Shown piece by piece: positions 13,323 to 26,407 of a DNA stretch of 64,000 bases (position 1 is its first letter; every line of letters starts with the position of its first letter). The stretch is from Nageia nagi (taxonomy: Eukaryota; Plantae; Pinophyta). The position numbers were made by a program, and so were the translations under genes. Below the pieces are notes generated by a model, which was not told the DNA's origin, did not search any database, and saw only the letters and a list, made by a program, of their open reading frames with translations. The stretch spans positions 85,312,001 through 85,376,000 of the forward strand of contig JBITNC010000001.1 in the NCBI GenBank assembly GCA_050084985.1, written 5' to 3'.

Positions 13323-16300
13323 AGTGGTATTAGAGCTTTTATGTTGGTGCTTGATAATTATTTTTGAGTTTATGATTGATTAGGAAAAGCAATATGGAAG
13401 AGGAAATACTAAGGGTAAAAGAATTCAATGGCACAAATTTTCAATATTGGAAGATGCAAATGGAGGATTACCTTTATCAAAAGGTTCTCAACTTGCCTCT
13501 TCAAGGAAAGAAACTAGCAAATTTGAATGATGATGAATGGGGGCTCTTCGACAAAAAGGCATAGGGAGTTGTGAGGTTATGTCTTAGCTCAAATGTTGCC
13601 TTCAATATCTCTAAGGAGCTATCAACAAAGGGATTTATGGATGCTTTGAAAGAGATGTATGAAAAGCCTTTAGCCTCTAATAAGGTACATCTTACAAAAA
13701 AGATGTTTAATTTGACAATGAATGAAGGTGGAAATATTTAAGACCATATAAATAATTTCAATAGTGTGACATCTCAATTAGATTTTGATGATGAGATCAA
13801 GGCATTGTTACTCTTGTGCTCTCTTCCTAAAAGTTGGAAAATATTTGTTATGGTTGCTAGCAATATTTCTTCTAACTCAAAACTTGTACTTGATGAAGTA
13901 ATTGGTACAATACTTAGTGAAGATATGAGGAGGAAATCTTCAGGTGAATATTCTACATATAGTTTAGATCTCACTACTGAAACTAGAGGAATATCAAGGG
14001 AAAGAGGTAGGGGTAGATCAAGAGGTAGATCTCAATATCAATCAAGTAGAGTTAAAAAGAATTTGGAATGTTGGTATTGTGGTAAAAAGGGCCACGTAAG
14101 GAGAGAATGTAGAAATATAATGACTAAAGATGGCAATGATGGTAATGCTAGTTCAAGTGGGAGTTAAGAAAATAATGTTGAAAATGAAATTTTACAAAAT
14201 GCATTGATATTGTCTCTTGGTAAAATTGGTGAATATTGGGTCATTGATTTTGTTGCCTCTTTTCATGCTACTTCTCATAGAGAATATTTTATTGATTATG
14301 TTGCAGGTTTCAATGGTGAAGTATTACATGGTAATGACCATTCATGTAAAATTATTATAATTGGTACAATAAAAAAATAGAACATAATGGACTTTGTATT
14401 AAATAAAACACATTCCAAAATTAAAAAGAAATTTTATTTCAGCTAGCAAATTGGATAAGGAAGGGTATATGATTTCATTTGGTAATCTCACTTGGAAAGC
14501 AACCAAAGTCTCATCAGTAGTAGCAAAAATTTTAATGGTAGGCACTTTGTATTTACTTACCAATGTCTTGAGTTATTCTATGAATCTTATTTCAATAGGA
14601 GATAAAACTACCATGTGGCATAATAGACATGGACATATGAGTGAGTGAGGTATGAAAATCTCACATTCTAGAAAGTTGCTTCCTAATTTGAAAGAGGTTA
14701 ATTTGGGATTTTATGAAGAATATGTTTATGGAAAACAAAGAAGAGTGAGTTTCTTAAAACTGGTTAAAGAAAAAAAGAAAGAAAAATTAGAACTTGTACA
14801 CATTGATTTGTGTGGACCATCACAAATAACACCACTTGGGGTTTATCTTATTTGGTAACATTTATTAATGATTGCACTAGAAAAATATGGGTATTTCCAC
14901 TTAAAAAGAAAAATGATTTGTTTGAGGTATATAAGGTTTGGAAATCATTAATAGAAAATTAAATCAATAAAAGGATTAAATATCTAAAATCAAATAATGC
15001 TGGTGAATTTTGTGAAAAAGAATTTGATGATTTTTTTTCATGAAATGGCATTAGAAGGATTAAGGTAGTTCCTACAGCACCTCAAGAAAATAGGGTGGCT
15101 AAAATGATGAACAAGGGTACCTTGGAAAGGGTAAGAAGCATGAAAATACATGCTAGTTTACCTTTGTTTCTTTGGGCTAACATAATTGATACTGTTATGC
15201 ATTTAATTAATAGGTTTCCTTCGACTACCTTAGATGGAAGAATTCCAAAAGAAGCATGGACAGGTAAAAAGGTGAATTATTCTTTCCTAATATTTTTTAG
15301 TTGTGAGGCTTATGCACATATTAATAAAGAAAATAAAAAGAAATTGGATGTAAAGTCTCAAAAATGCTATTCATTAGGTATGGAGTTAATGGCTTGGGAT
15401 AACTTATGGGATATTAATAATTGTAAATTCATCAAGAGTAGATATGTTGTTTTCAATGAAAAGTGTTTGTATAAAGAGAGGTTATAAGAAAAGAAAAAAG
15501 AAAGGGAAAAACTAATGTATTTGGTTCTTGATGATGATGGAAAAAGCAATCCTAAGCTTCAAATAGAAGCTCCTCCGCAACCACAACCACAAGAATAAGA
15601 ACAACAACCTTAAACATCACCTACTTCTATTGTGAGAAGATCGTCAAAGAAATAAAAATCCCTCAATGTTTCTCTGATTATGTAATGCCTACAAGGGAAA
15701 GTAAGTTACCATATGACTTTTATCCTACACTTTATTATATGTTATATACTAATGTTGATGAACCTAAGTGTTTTGATGAAGAAAAATAATTGAGTACGTG
15801 AAAAAAGTACGAGCTTGATATGAAGGATGAAATGGACTCATTACTTCAAAACCAAACATGGGATTTCGTGAAACTCCCTAAAGATAAGAGATCCTTGAAA
15901 AACAAATGAGTTTATAGGTTAAAGAATGAAGTAAATTGTAAGCAAACGTATAAGGCTAGACTTGTGGTAAAGGTTTATGCTCAAAAGAAAGGAATTGATT
16001 ATGATAAAATTTTCTCAATGGTTGTCAAGATGACCTCAATTAAAATAATTCTTCATATTGTTGCATCATAAAGTTTTTTTATTGAATAATTGGATGTGAA
16101 AATAACATTCCTTCATGGATATTTTGAGGAGGATATTTATATACAACAACCTAAGGGATTTGAGGTAAAAGGTAAAGAGGGATTTGTATGTAGATTGGAA
16201 AAGAGCTTGTATGGCCTTAAACAAGCTCCAAGGCAATGGTATTTGAAATTTGATACTTTCATGGGAAAACTAAAGTTAATGAGATGTGAATTTGACTATT

Positions 16301-17614
16301 TGTTTTATTTCAAAAAAATAAGTAAAGAAAATTATGTTATTTTTCTCTTGTATGTGGATGACATGCTTATTGCAAGAACTAGCAAGAAGGACATTGATGA
16401 TCTCAAGAAAAGGTTGTCGAAAACATTCAAGATGAAGTATTTGGGTGAGGTAAGGAAAATCCTTAGTAAGAATATCACAAGAGATAAAGAAAACCACACT
16501 CTCATAGTGTCTCAAGAATACTATATTGAGAAGGTGTTAAGGAGGTTCAACATGAATAATGCAAAGAATGTTGCATAACCCTTGGGACCTAAATTCAAGA
16601 TTTCAAAGGAATTATGTCCAAAAATACAAGAGGAACATGATTATATAAATAAAATTCTCTATGGTTCAATGATTGGAAGCTTGATGTATGCAATGGTGTG
16701 CACTAGATCAAATATTGCATAAGTAGTAGGAGTGGTGAGTAGGTATATGAGTAATCCAGGTAAAGAGAATTGGAAAGCAGTAAAATGGATTCTCAAGTAT
16801 TTGAGAGGTACATCCAAATAAACATTATATTTTAGAGGTTCTAATGTTTGCTCTAAAGGTTTTGTAGATTCTAACATGGGAGGTGATTGTGATGGTGGAA
16901 GAATTGACACAAGATATATATTTACTATTGGTGGAACAACAGTTAGTTGGATTTCAAAACTCTAACAAGTTATGGATTTATGTACCACCAAATCAAAGTA
17001 TGTTGTTGCTACTGAGGCAAGTAAGGAGTTGATATTGTTAAAAATATTGATGAAGAACTTTGGAAAAGATCAAGAAGATGCAACTTTATAGAGTGATCGC
17101 TATAGTGGTATTCACCTTGTAAAGAACTCAATATTTCACTCTAGGACTAAGCACATTTAGCTAAGATATCATTTCATCAAGTTAACATTGGAGGATGGTT
17201 CAATAAGACTTGAAAAGATTCACACCTCTCATAATTCAGTAGAAATGTTGACAAAAGTTGTGATAAGGGAGAAATTTAGCTACTACTCAATTTTTATTAG
17301 TCTCATAGAGAGGCCAAGATGAGAAGCTTTTTGATACCTTACATTCTATAGAGAAATGCATTGATCTCTAAGTGGGAGATTATCAGGATGGAGTTTGATC
17401 ACCAATACAAAACATGCTACCAAAAGGGAAGTAATAAATAATAAGAAGTTGGAGGAATAAATCTAGATTGGAATTTCAATGTACTATGCAAACTTAGGCT
17501 AAAATTTCCATTTATGATGGTATGATGACATGAAGAGTTATTAGGAATTACAATGCAGTGTGCAAAGTTATGCTAGATATGTGTTGTTTATAAAGTACCT
17601 AATATTATATATAG

Positions 17615-18933
17615 AAAGGTTCATTTTAAGATCCCTTCCAAAAAAGTAACTTTGAAAATTTTTGCAAATCAATTTCTTAGGTGAGGTAATTTTAAAAAAA
17701 ATTGTAAAAATTACAAAGATGAATTTGAAACTAAAGAAAGAGTCATATAGTTTTTTGGCAAATTTAAAGAGTTTTGTATCAATATACTATTGGGTGGTAT
17801 CCATATGCTACCTAGTGGTAGCAATGTGGTACTAGGTGGTAAATGTCTACTACTGTGATGTGAATTGAGATGCAAGAGACCAATAAAATGGATGCTAATC
17901 ACATAATATAAATGTAATATAATGGAAGAAACATGCAAAATGATATTGCTCTCATTCTTGAATTCACACTACTTATTCAAGAGAATACAATCCATCATAT
18001 AGCAACCAAAAAATCAAAAAAATTGTAAAAATGTCTTTTTCTAAAAATAGCTAAAAAAAAAAATGAGTTGGATTGTGCCCAATTGGCAAATGCATCCCTC
18101 TTACAATAATCAACCTTAATTTAAAATATTAGGACTCACCTTAATGTGTAACAAATTATATTAAAGTTCTAACATGTAAAAAGCCCTAAAAATCTTGAGA
18201 GCATAAAGAAAAACTTAATTTTGGGATGGTAGATGGAGGAGTTGGGTCCCAAAAATGTAATTTTTGGAGCATTTAGAGAATCAAAAAGTTATGGCTTTGG
18301 CAAGGTGTATCATACTAGGTAGTAGCAAGAAGCTTGCTACTTGATGGTACCAATATATTACCAGGAGGCTACTACCAAGTGACAATAGTCTACTACTGAG
18401 CAGTAGTAGGTAGTCTTCTTTCTAGTGGCTTGTACAGGGTAGAAGTAGTCTACTATCGGGTGGTTGCTACTAAGTAGTATAAGTATACTATTAAGTACTT
18501 GCAATGTGCTACTGGATGGTGATAGTCTACTACTAGGAGGTAGGAATCTTGTATCAGGTGGTAGCAAATAGCTATTGAGAGGTAGCAGTATGCTACTAGG
18601 AGGAAATAAGATGCTATTAGGCAATAGTAGACTACTACTAAGAGGTATCAAATTTATATCAAGGTATTTATATTAGGTGACTTAGTCAAAATATATATAA
18701 TAATTTATAATTTTAAGATGAAGTTAGCTATTTATTATTTCCAAATATCAATGAAAAAATAAAAATTTATTTTAAAATATTGATGTAACATAGAAATTTG
18801 GGCAAGGAAAAAATTAAAAATAAAAATATTTAGTGATAAGGGTGTTTGTGTAATTCAAAAATTTACCAATTTCAATTTTAAGAAATTTAAAAATTTGCTT
18901 ATTAATGAATATTCATGGCTAAAATAAACCCTA
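17615..18933. mobile_element. hAT-type non-autonomous DNA transposon
   Basis: Perfect 8-bp TSD ATATATAG (17607-17614 and 18934-18941). Short imperfect TIRs AAAGGTTCATTTTA / (rc) TAGGGTTTATTTTA. No transposase ORF. Confidence 0.8.
18305..18655. repeat. Degenerate 21-bp minisatellite inside the hAT-type element (smaller block at ~17785-17856)
   Basis: Recurrent CTACTAGGTGGTAGCA-like units. The minus-strand ORF 18358-18651 shows 7-residue periodicity (PSSILLP LNSYLLP PDTRFLP PSSRLSP). Confidence 0.75.
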
Positions 18934-20299
18934 ATATATAGGCCATTATGTATAGATTAAAGGTGGGATTTTGTTCTATATTTGTTGAGCATTTTAGATT
19001 GGTAATATATGTTAAAAAGAAATACAATGATTGACTAGAATCTATAAGTGTAATCTCTGGTGTTGAATGTTCATAAGAGATAGAATAGCAAGTGTTATTG
19101 ATGTTTTCTTTTGATATAATTGCTCCAAGCATAAGGACTGATAGCTTCTCCAAGGACTTAACCCACATTGGGTGAACATCATTTAATTTTTATGTTCACA
19201 TTATTTGTTTTGCATATTTAAATGAAATAAAAAATATATTGCTTGTTGAAATATGAAAATTTAATTCATACTAATACATTGAAGGGAAAATCAATGGTGA
19301 TAAAATAAATGTCTATCTTTTTGAAAAATGTTTTTTGACTATGTAAATTTTTGGACACCACACCACCAACAAAATAGAGTGCTAGATCTAGATCAGATAT
19401 ATTATATTAAGTATAAGAGGATAAGCTAGCAAGTATTTGAATAACTTCAAATAGCCATCATGTATTTCCTACATATTGTATACATCCCACACTGTTCCTT
19501 CCATAAGCTTCATGTTTTGAGATTTTCTTCACTTAATCTCACCTTTCCAAACTAAATTCAATAGTATAGGAATTTTGAGGGCATACATTACATAGTCCAT
19601 GGAATTTCTAAACTCTCTAAAATGGCAAGTTCTTAAGTCAAAATGGTGATGTCATCAACAAATTTATAAATAATGAGTAAGGTAAGAATAAGTTTGTCTT
19701 TCTTAAACTTGTTGTTAATTTAGTGAAAATTATATTAAAGTGAGTTCAATTTAGAGGAATCAGGATGTTTGTGAATGTCGAAGTCTTTTTAGATTTGTAA
19801 GTTCATATCAGTCAACCTATTTTTGAAAAATATGTTTAAATATATAAGATATGATCATGATCCTATTCAAATTTGATGAATGATAAAAATGAATTAAAAA
19901 TACTTTTGACATCTTAATAGAAGGTAAGTTCCCCTTCTTAAAAAAAAAGAAACAGAAGGTAACTCCCATAAAAATAACAAGATACAAGAGTAGATCTTAA
20001 GGACACTGATAAAACAAAAGCTATTGTTTATAAGAACTTAAGAAAAGCCTCTCTCATAAGAGTGGAATAAATATATTACTATTTCTATTGATGGATACCC
20101 CCAAGTGAATTATGATTGATAATGGCTCAAATTGAAATGTTATATTTCTTAATTATCTCAAATAATTAAAAATGTTAGTCTATATACTCACATAACCAAA
20201 CCCATATTAATATATTGGTATTGTGATAGTGCTTGAAATTTGGTACTCCTATTTATGTCCCCTTTTAGTCAAAATCACATGCTCTACTGGTTCTCAAAA

Positions 20300-22130
20300 T
20301 ACCCAAATGAGAAATGGATTTGAGCTAGCCATAGAGAGCCTTTAATGATTCTTTATGTTGTACCCTTGGGATACTAGTTCTCTTTTTTAGACTTTGATCT
20401 AAAATGTTATATATCCTTTTTTATATCATTCAAGGAATCTTGCACTACATTCTTCTCATTGGTCATGCATGGATTCATGAGGTGCATTATGTACCATGTA
20501 TGCTATATTATTGTTTAGAATATGAATATAATGACATCATGCAAAAAGTTATTTTTTATCCTAATCCATTTAAGTTCTACAATAATGCCTCCATTCAGCA
20601 AGAAATATTCATATCATTGAACAAGCTCATCATTATTGATAACAAATAAGTCACTTTTGTATCCACTCCTAGTTCTACTTCCACCATAGCTTCCACTTCC
20701 TCTACTACTTCAACATCCACATCTTCTTCCAATATTTTCATACCTACTTCCATAACCCCTTATACATCACCCACTTACAAGGTTAAGGATAAATTAGCTA
20801 ATTTCATCATTGTTGGTATTTGTGAATATGAGATATTTGATACAACTTTTCTTATGTAAACTATGAAAGATATTGGGCATTCTATCATTAGAAAGGATTA
20901 TAAAAAAAAAAGTATACTAATATCCATCAAACTCCCACACCTTGAGTCATCCTTGGTTTGTAGAAGAGTTTTTATAGCCTTATCTTCCCCTCACAACATT
21001 TACCAACAAGATATTGATGTAATTGAACTAGTCCACTTATCATTCCTTGAAGAATATTCCAAAGAAAAATACGATTGGAAAGGTTTTTGCCTAAGAAAAT
21101 AAGAGCACAAACCTTTCCATACACTCAAAGTCACCAATAGATAACCAAAATATATGAGTATATTAGGATATAGAGAATATTTGCTTCGAGAATATTATGA
21201 TAATGTATATGGGCACTTCCTCTCTTCTAAATCTAAAACTAGTAAAGAAGGATCATATAGTTTGAACAACATAGTATTCTTATCAGTTGATCTTTTTGAT
21301 GAAATAAAAGCTTGTCTTCCTATCTAGGATACCATGACATAATTTTCTTTACTTCTTGATAAGTTTTTACATTGAAGCAATATTTTATATGTTATCTAAA
21401 CTAGAAATGAGATACTTTAGACCTTTTCTATTAATACCAATATTGATCGTTCTACCATGTTATCAATGAGATGCCTATCTTAGATATTTATCCATGTTCC
21501 TCTCATCAAACATTTAGATATTTACACATCTCCCTCTAGACATTTAAGAAATAATTATCCTAAGATTGCTTGAAGGATATAGAACATGGGATTAGGATGT
21601 AGATATTTAGCCTTCACATATTCTAATTTACAAGAGTTCTTGAGATATATTAATCGATATAAAAGATTCAAAGATTGATCTTATAAATAAGATTTATTTT
21701 CTATTTCCATTAGTATTTCCTTGCATAATGATGGATTGCACTCTCAAAAAGAAGATCAACTATGATATGTTCACATGGATAGTTATCATAAATACCATAT
21801 AGAATCATGACCAAATATAATTACTTAATTAGGGATTACCATTTGAAAGGATCATTTATAACTTTATTGTTTAGTTTATCAATGAATATTATCTAAGGAT
21901 TTCTTCAAAATCTAAAGTCTGACTATTCCAATGAATTCAATATAAGTATTTACATGATATCCCTTAAGGATTAATTATACACTTTGATAGAGCCCTTAAT
22001 TTATATGATTCTACTATTCTAATGCCACACTAACATAGGTTCATTTGATGATATCTGAGGGACTAATATTAGATGAACTTTATCCACATCAAAGAACTTA
22101 ACATATAGACTTAATTATATTTACCACATT
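20300..22130 (+). mobile_element. Ty3/gypsy (Tat-like) protease-to-RT linker remnant
   Basis: YILLIGHAWIHEVHYVPCMLYYCLEYEYN resembles the Tat protease C-terminus (Y..LLGRPWIH....PST.HQC.KY). Followed by an S/T-rich tract and a G-patch-like 'NMGLG'. No LTRs seen. Confidence 0.55.
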
Positions 22131-22183
22131 AAATGTAAGAATAAGTTGTAAGAAAGTATGTGGGGATGATAATGGTCAATTCA

Positions 22184-22955
22184 TGGTTAAGTGCAAGGAG
22201 ATGGGTCCACAAAATGGGCCAAAAGTGGATGTTTCTTTTCTTGATTTTTAGGTTTTGTCATAGTTGATCTCAACTTTTGAAACCCTTAGAGATGGAATAT
22301 TGAAAACTATCATTGGGATGAAAATGTAATCCTTAGAGTGTAGCTTTCAAATATGTAATTTATTCCAATACCTAGTTGATATAAATTAATTTATGATAGG
22401 TACTTCTAAAATCCACTATTTAAAATGTACTATTTTATGACCATACCATGCTCTACTATGAAAAACTTATTTTGATCTAAAATTTAATATATTTTTGAAA
22501 AAAGATACCAACCACACTAAAGATTGTGCAACATATTTTTTCATAATTTTTTGATGAACATTTTATTTTATTAATTTTTTATTGGCTGTAATTGTTATTT
22601 CAAAAAGTACCAATCTATGACATGCATAATTTGACTTAAACTTATCCTTAAAAAAAGGAATTATTTAATAATTAATTATCTATATACTTTGCACATATAA
22701 TATTTTTCATTATTTCCCCAAAAGCAAAAGTTATTCAAAAAAGTAATAGAACCTAATTTTTCAAGTTTAAGGACCATTTTCATTGAAAATGAATTTAAAA
22801 ATAGAAAATATAATAAAATTGTAAAAACATACAGATTTTTAATCTACACTCTTTTATATGAAATGGGTTTTAATTTTGTGGAAAAAATCATCATAAAACT
22901 TGATCAAACATCCATTGAAAGTCATAATTTATGGATCCCATTGCCATGAACAAGA
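22184..22955. mobile_element. Same Harbinger-type MITE family, copy 3 (truncated)
   Basis: Begins TGGTTAAGTGCAAGGAGATGGGTCCAC and aligns with copy 2 and the reverse complement of copy 1. Confidence 0.65.
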
Positions 22956-24243
22956 AGCTATAGGTCATATTTGATCTATCACTATATCCTTTATTATTGA
23001 AAATATAGCTAGATTTTTCTAAGCTTTGGAAATGGAGTTGTTAGATTCCTTCTAAATTTTCTTCTTTATAATTCTTCCTCATTTCATGGGGCTAAATTCT
23101 AACCTTGCTTTGGTTTCAGGATATACTTTGGATTTTCTATATTCTATTTTACAATATTTCTTTTGGGCAATTGCACAAGTTATGTCATACATTGGAGCAT
23201 AATAGACATACAAAGTTGTTATTTTTATATTTTATTTATTGATATTATACTCTTGAATCTATGAGGAGTTTAATTTATTTTAAGAAATATTTATCAAAAT
23301 TAACATATACATAAAATTATATTATTTACCACTCAATACATCTTGCAATTCCTTCAATGGCTATCAAATCAAATTTATGTAATCAAAGGGTTATATCCTA
23401 GTAGTCATCAATTAAAGAGTATACATATTTTACCAAAAAAACCAAGGTTATGCTCAACATCATATCACAATATTTTGTATTTATGAAATTGAACATCATA
23501 AAATTATTTAGCATGGATAGAACTTTGGCCTTTTTCAATCTTATATATGAAGTATTTTAGTTACGGATTGCATTAGGATGCCATCATGTGGGGTTGAGGA
23601 TATCAAATGAGAATGAAACATGTAGAGATAAAAGTGAAAGGAGAGAAGAACGTGAAAAGAGAAGAAACAAGAGAACTATAATAGAGCACATCATTCTTAA
23701 TTGTTCCTTTTTTATCACTAAATATTATTTTTGAATAAGGGGAACAGAAGTGAATTTTATCAAGTCCCCAAAACTTATTACTGATAATTCTTAGGGATAT
23801 AGCTTTTATGGATCTATTACAACTTTGTTTCTAGTTATATGTAACCAAATATCTTCAAATATTTGAAGTATAAAAATATCTAATATTTTTTATTGTATTT
23901 TTATAAAATTATTACACTATCTTTATCATCACTAGATAATTATGTGAGTAAGATTCAAACTATTAAGGATAATCATTTACAATTTTATCTCCCATGTAGA
24001 AAATGTTAAGGATAATAATTATTTAACACTTTACTTATATTTTATACAATTATGAGTTTAATTTGATTCCCTTTAACATATCATAAGATCCCTTAAATCA
24101 ATATATTTTTAAATAACAAAACATGCAAATGCAAATTGATAATTTAGGATGCGTTGTTATAAAACAACAAATGTTCTAAGGATTAACATATGATGTTCAC
24201 AAAATATTTTATTGAATATATATATAATGATTAGGATATAAAA

Positions 24244-24247
<4 letters not shown>

Positions 24248-24313
<66 letters not shown>
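24248..24313. repeat. (TA)n microsatellite
   Basis: Perfect TA run of ~65 bp; further runs at 24812-24846 and 50227-50261. Confidence 0.97.
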
Positions 24314-24316
<3 letters not shown>

Positions 24317-24809
24317 CGCAAAAATTAGGCATGTCTCTTTTATATTAGTAATATAATACAATTAGAAATCCAAATTTGCTTCTTCTATTGTGGAAAAAAA
24401 CTCATGCACTAGTCTACTAACCATCAAATTATTTAATGATAAAAACTACTAAGTATAAAATCACTACACACATAGACATATAATAAAAAGAAAAGTATAG
24501 GATATACCATTATTATCTAAAATAAAAAATCTAATAATATTTGAAAGAAATTTTTTTTTATTATTATAAGATAAGAAAACTAATTTCATGAAATGCAAAG
24601 TGAATCTTAGTTGTATTTGTTATTATAATATGAAATTTATATTAATATCATCTAAAAAATTATTATCACTTTAATTATAGATAAATTAATCTCAATATCT
24701 TGCTTAGCTACATCTCTAACGTAGAAATTCTTACATCATAAAAAGATTATATTTTATAACATTAAATAATAAATTATATAACCATAATATATTAATTACA
24801 TCATTTTTT

Positions 24810-24849
<40 letters not shown>

Positions 24850-25494
24850 CTTTCTCATGTATTTGTAAAATACACCAATAAAAGAAATATCAAAAATATA
24901 TTTCAAATATGATTAAACTAATTTATATATAAATGGCCTTCTTATAGTTCAAACATTGTCAGTCTATTTTAGATATATATAGATAATTCTTCTTATATTA
25001 CTATTATTATTTTAGAAAAATTTAAAATTAAATTTGTATAATCTCTTCATATTATAATGAAAAATAAATTAAGATATACTTACTTTATATTCATAAATAC
25101 TATAAAATTTTAAAAATTGTAAGCATACAATTATTTTTCTAATATAATTTTTTGTGTAAATCAATTGAAATAAAGAACGATATGATATTATTATCTCTAA
25201 AAATATCAAATTAAAATTCAATGATATATTAATACAATCCTCATACTTTATCCTAAAATTCAACTTCATCTCATGCACTTGAGTTTTAGTTGTAACTCAT
25301 CTTCTCTCGAGATGTAGCCAAATTATGACAAAGCTCATAAAAAAAATATACCTAGACCTCCTCAAAATTGGGCCAATTTATAAAGATGGATGGTAGAATA
25401 TCTCTTTTATGTAAATATAGATATTTATAAAGAATTCAAGAATAAGATTTATTTGGATGAAGGAACTTGGGAACAAAAGATTATCTATGAGTAA

Positions 25495-26407
25495 AAGTAA
25501 ATGCAAGAAGATGAGTCCCTTTTTGGAGGAAGTCTTAGGAACTACTAGGTTCTTGTATTTATTTAATAACTTTTTAATTTTTTAAAATTATGAAAAAATA
25601 TATATGTACAATTTGCATACAATTCTTGACAAGTTAAAAAAATATTAAAAATGATATGTTTAAGCCAAATTATGCTTGATGGATACAAGCACTTTTTGAT
25701 AATTAGGGCCAATAAAAAAATACAAAAATATCCTGAATAATCTTTAGTTTCTTAGGTACCTTTTTCTAAAAGGATTTCAAAAAATATTTTAATTTGTGTT
25801 GAATTATTCTTGATGAAAATGATGGGGTATGGTCTTGAAATTGTATTTTTTAAATAGTGGATTTTGTATTTGTTTACTTACTATTTATTTTTTTATAATT
25901 GTGAAAAAAATAGTATATTTGTAGAGTCTACATACAATTATTCACAAGTTATAAAAAAATGATAAGTTTTGGTCAAATTATGCTTCACAAGAACAAGCAC
26001 TTTTTGAAATGAAAATCAAGGCTAATAAAAAATTATATTCATGAAAAAATTATAAAAAGATATCCTACACAATCTTTAGTGTATTAGGTATCTTTGCCCA
26101 AAAGTATTTAAAAAAAATATTTTAATTTAAGTCCAATTATGCATGTCAGACACAATGGGGTATGGTAATGAAACTATATTTTTAAAAAGTGTTTTGTAAA
26201 CATGCTTAAAAAATATTAATTTTTATCATCTAGGTATTGAAATAAATGGTATATTTGACAACTAGACTTTGAGCACTACATTTTTACCCAAGTGGCCGTT
26301 TTTAATAAGAGCTCTTAATTTTGAGATCAAGGGTGTTTAAACTTGAAAATCAAGGAGAACACTCACTTTTTGGTCAAAATTAGGACTTATCTTCTTATAC
26401 TTACCCA
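25495..26407. mobile_element. Same Harbinger-type MITE family, copy 4 (with internal ~300-bp duplication)
   Basis: TIRs AAGTAAATGCAAGAAGATGAGTCC / (rc) TGGGTAAGTATAAGAAGATAAGTCC with TAA on both flanks. The empty site is present in copy A at ~9135 (CTATGAGAAACTTCCAAT). Confidence 0.78.

Larger units (their letters stand above)
12710..19276 (+). mobile_element. Full-length decayed Ty1/copia LTR retrotransposon
   Basis: 5' LTR 12710-13322 (TGTT...AACA) and PBS TGGTATTAGAGC 13325-13336. Domains: gag (FNGTNFQYWKMQMEDYLYQK; knuckle CWYCGKKGHVRREC), protease (~14235), integrase (LVHIDLCGP), RT (MDVKITFLHG, LYGLKQAPRQW, LYVDDML) and RNase H. PPT ~17371-17380, 3' LTR 17381-19276. Degenerate TSD CACTC/CATTG; the empty site is visible in duplication copy B at ~31725. 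Confidence 0.95.
17381..19276 (+). repeat. 3' LTR of copia element 1, split by a 1.3-kb insertion
   Basis: Follows AGTGGGAGAT. Removing 17615-18933 and one TSD restores TATTATATATAGGCCAT, as in the 5' LTR. Confidence 0.88.
8255..19990 (+). repeat. Local segmental duplication, copy A (contains the copia insertion 12710-19276)
   Basis: Collinear matches to copy B: 8420/25275, 9050/25410, 9210/26480, 10320/27530, 11235/29955, 12150/30930, 12690/31710, 19290/31740, 19905/32340. Confidence 0.9.

Noticed and set aside
18358-18651. Ser/Leu/Pro-rich 97-aa ORF
   Set aside because: Translation of the 21-bp minisatellite.
20900-22100. Possible endogenous viral ORF on the minus strand (LEYVKAKYLHPNPMF...)
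   Set aside because: Stop-riddled with no viral motif; the plus strand is better explained as a Tat protease-linker remnant.
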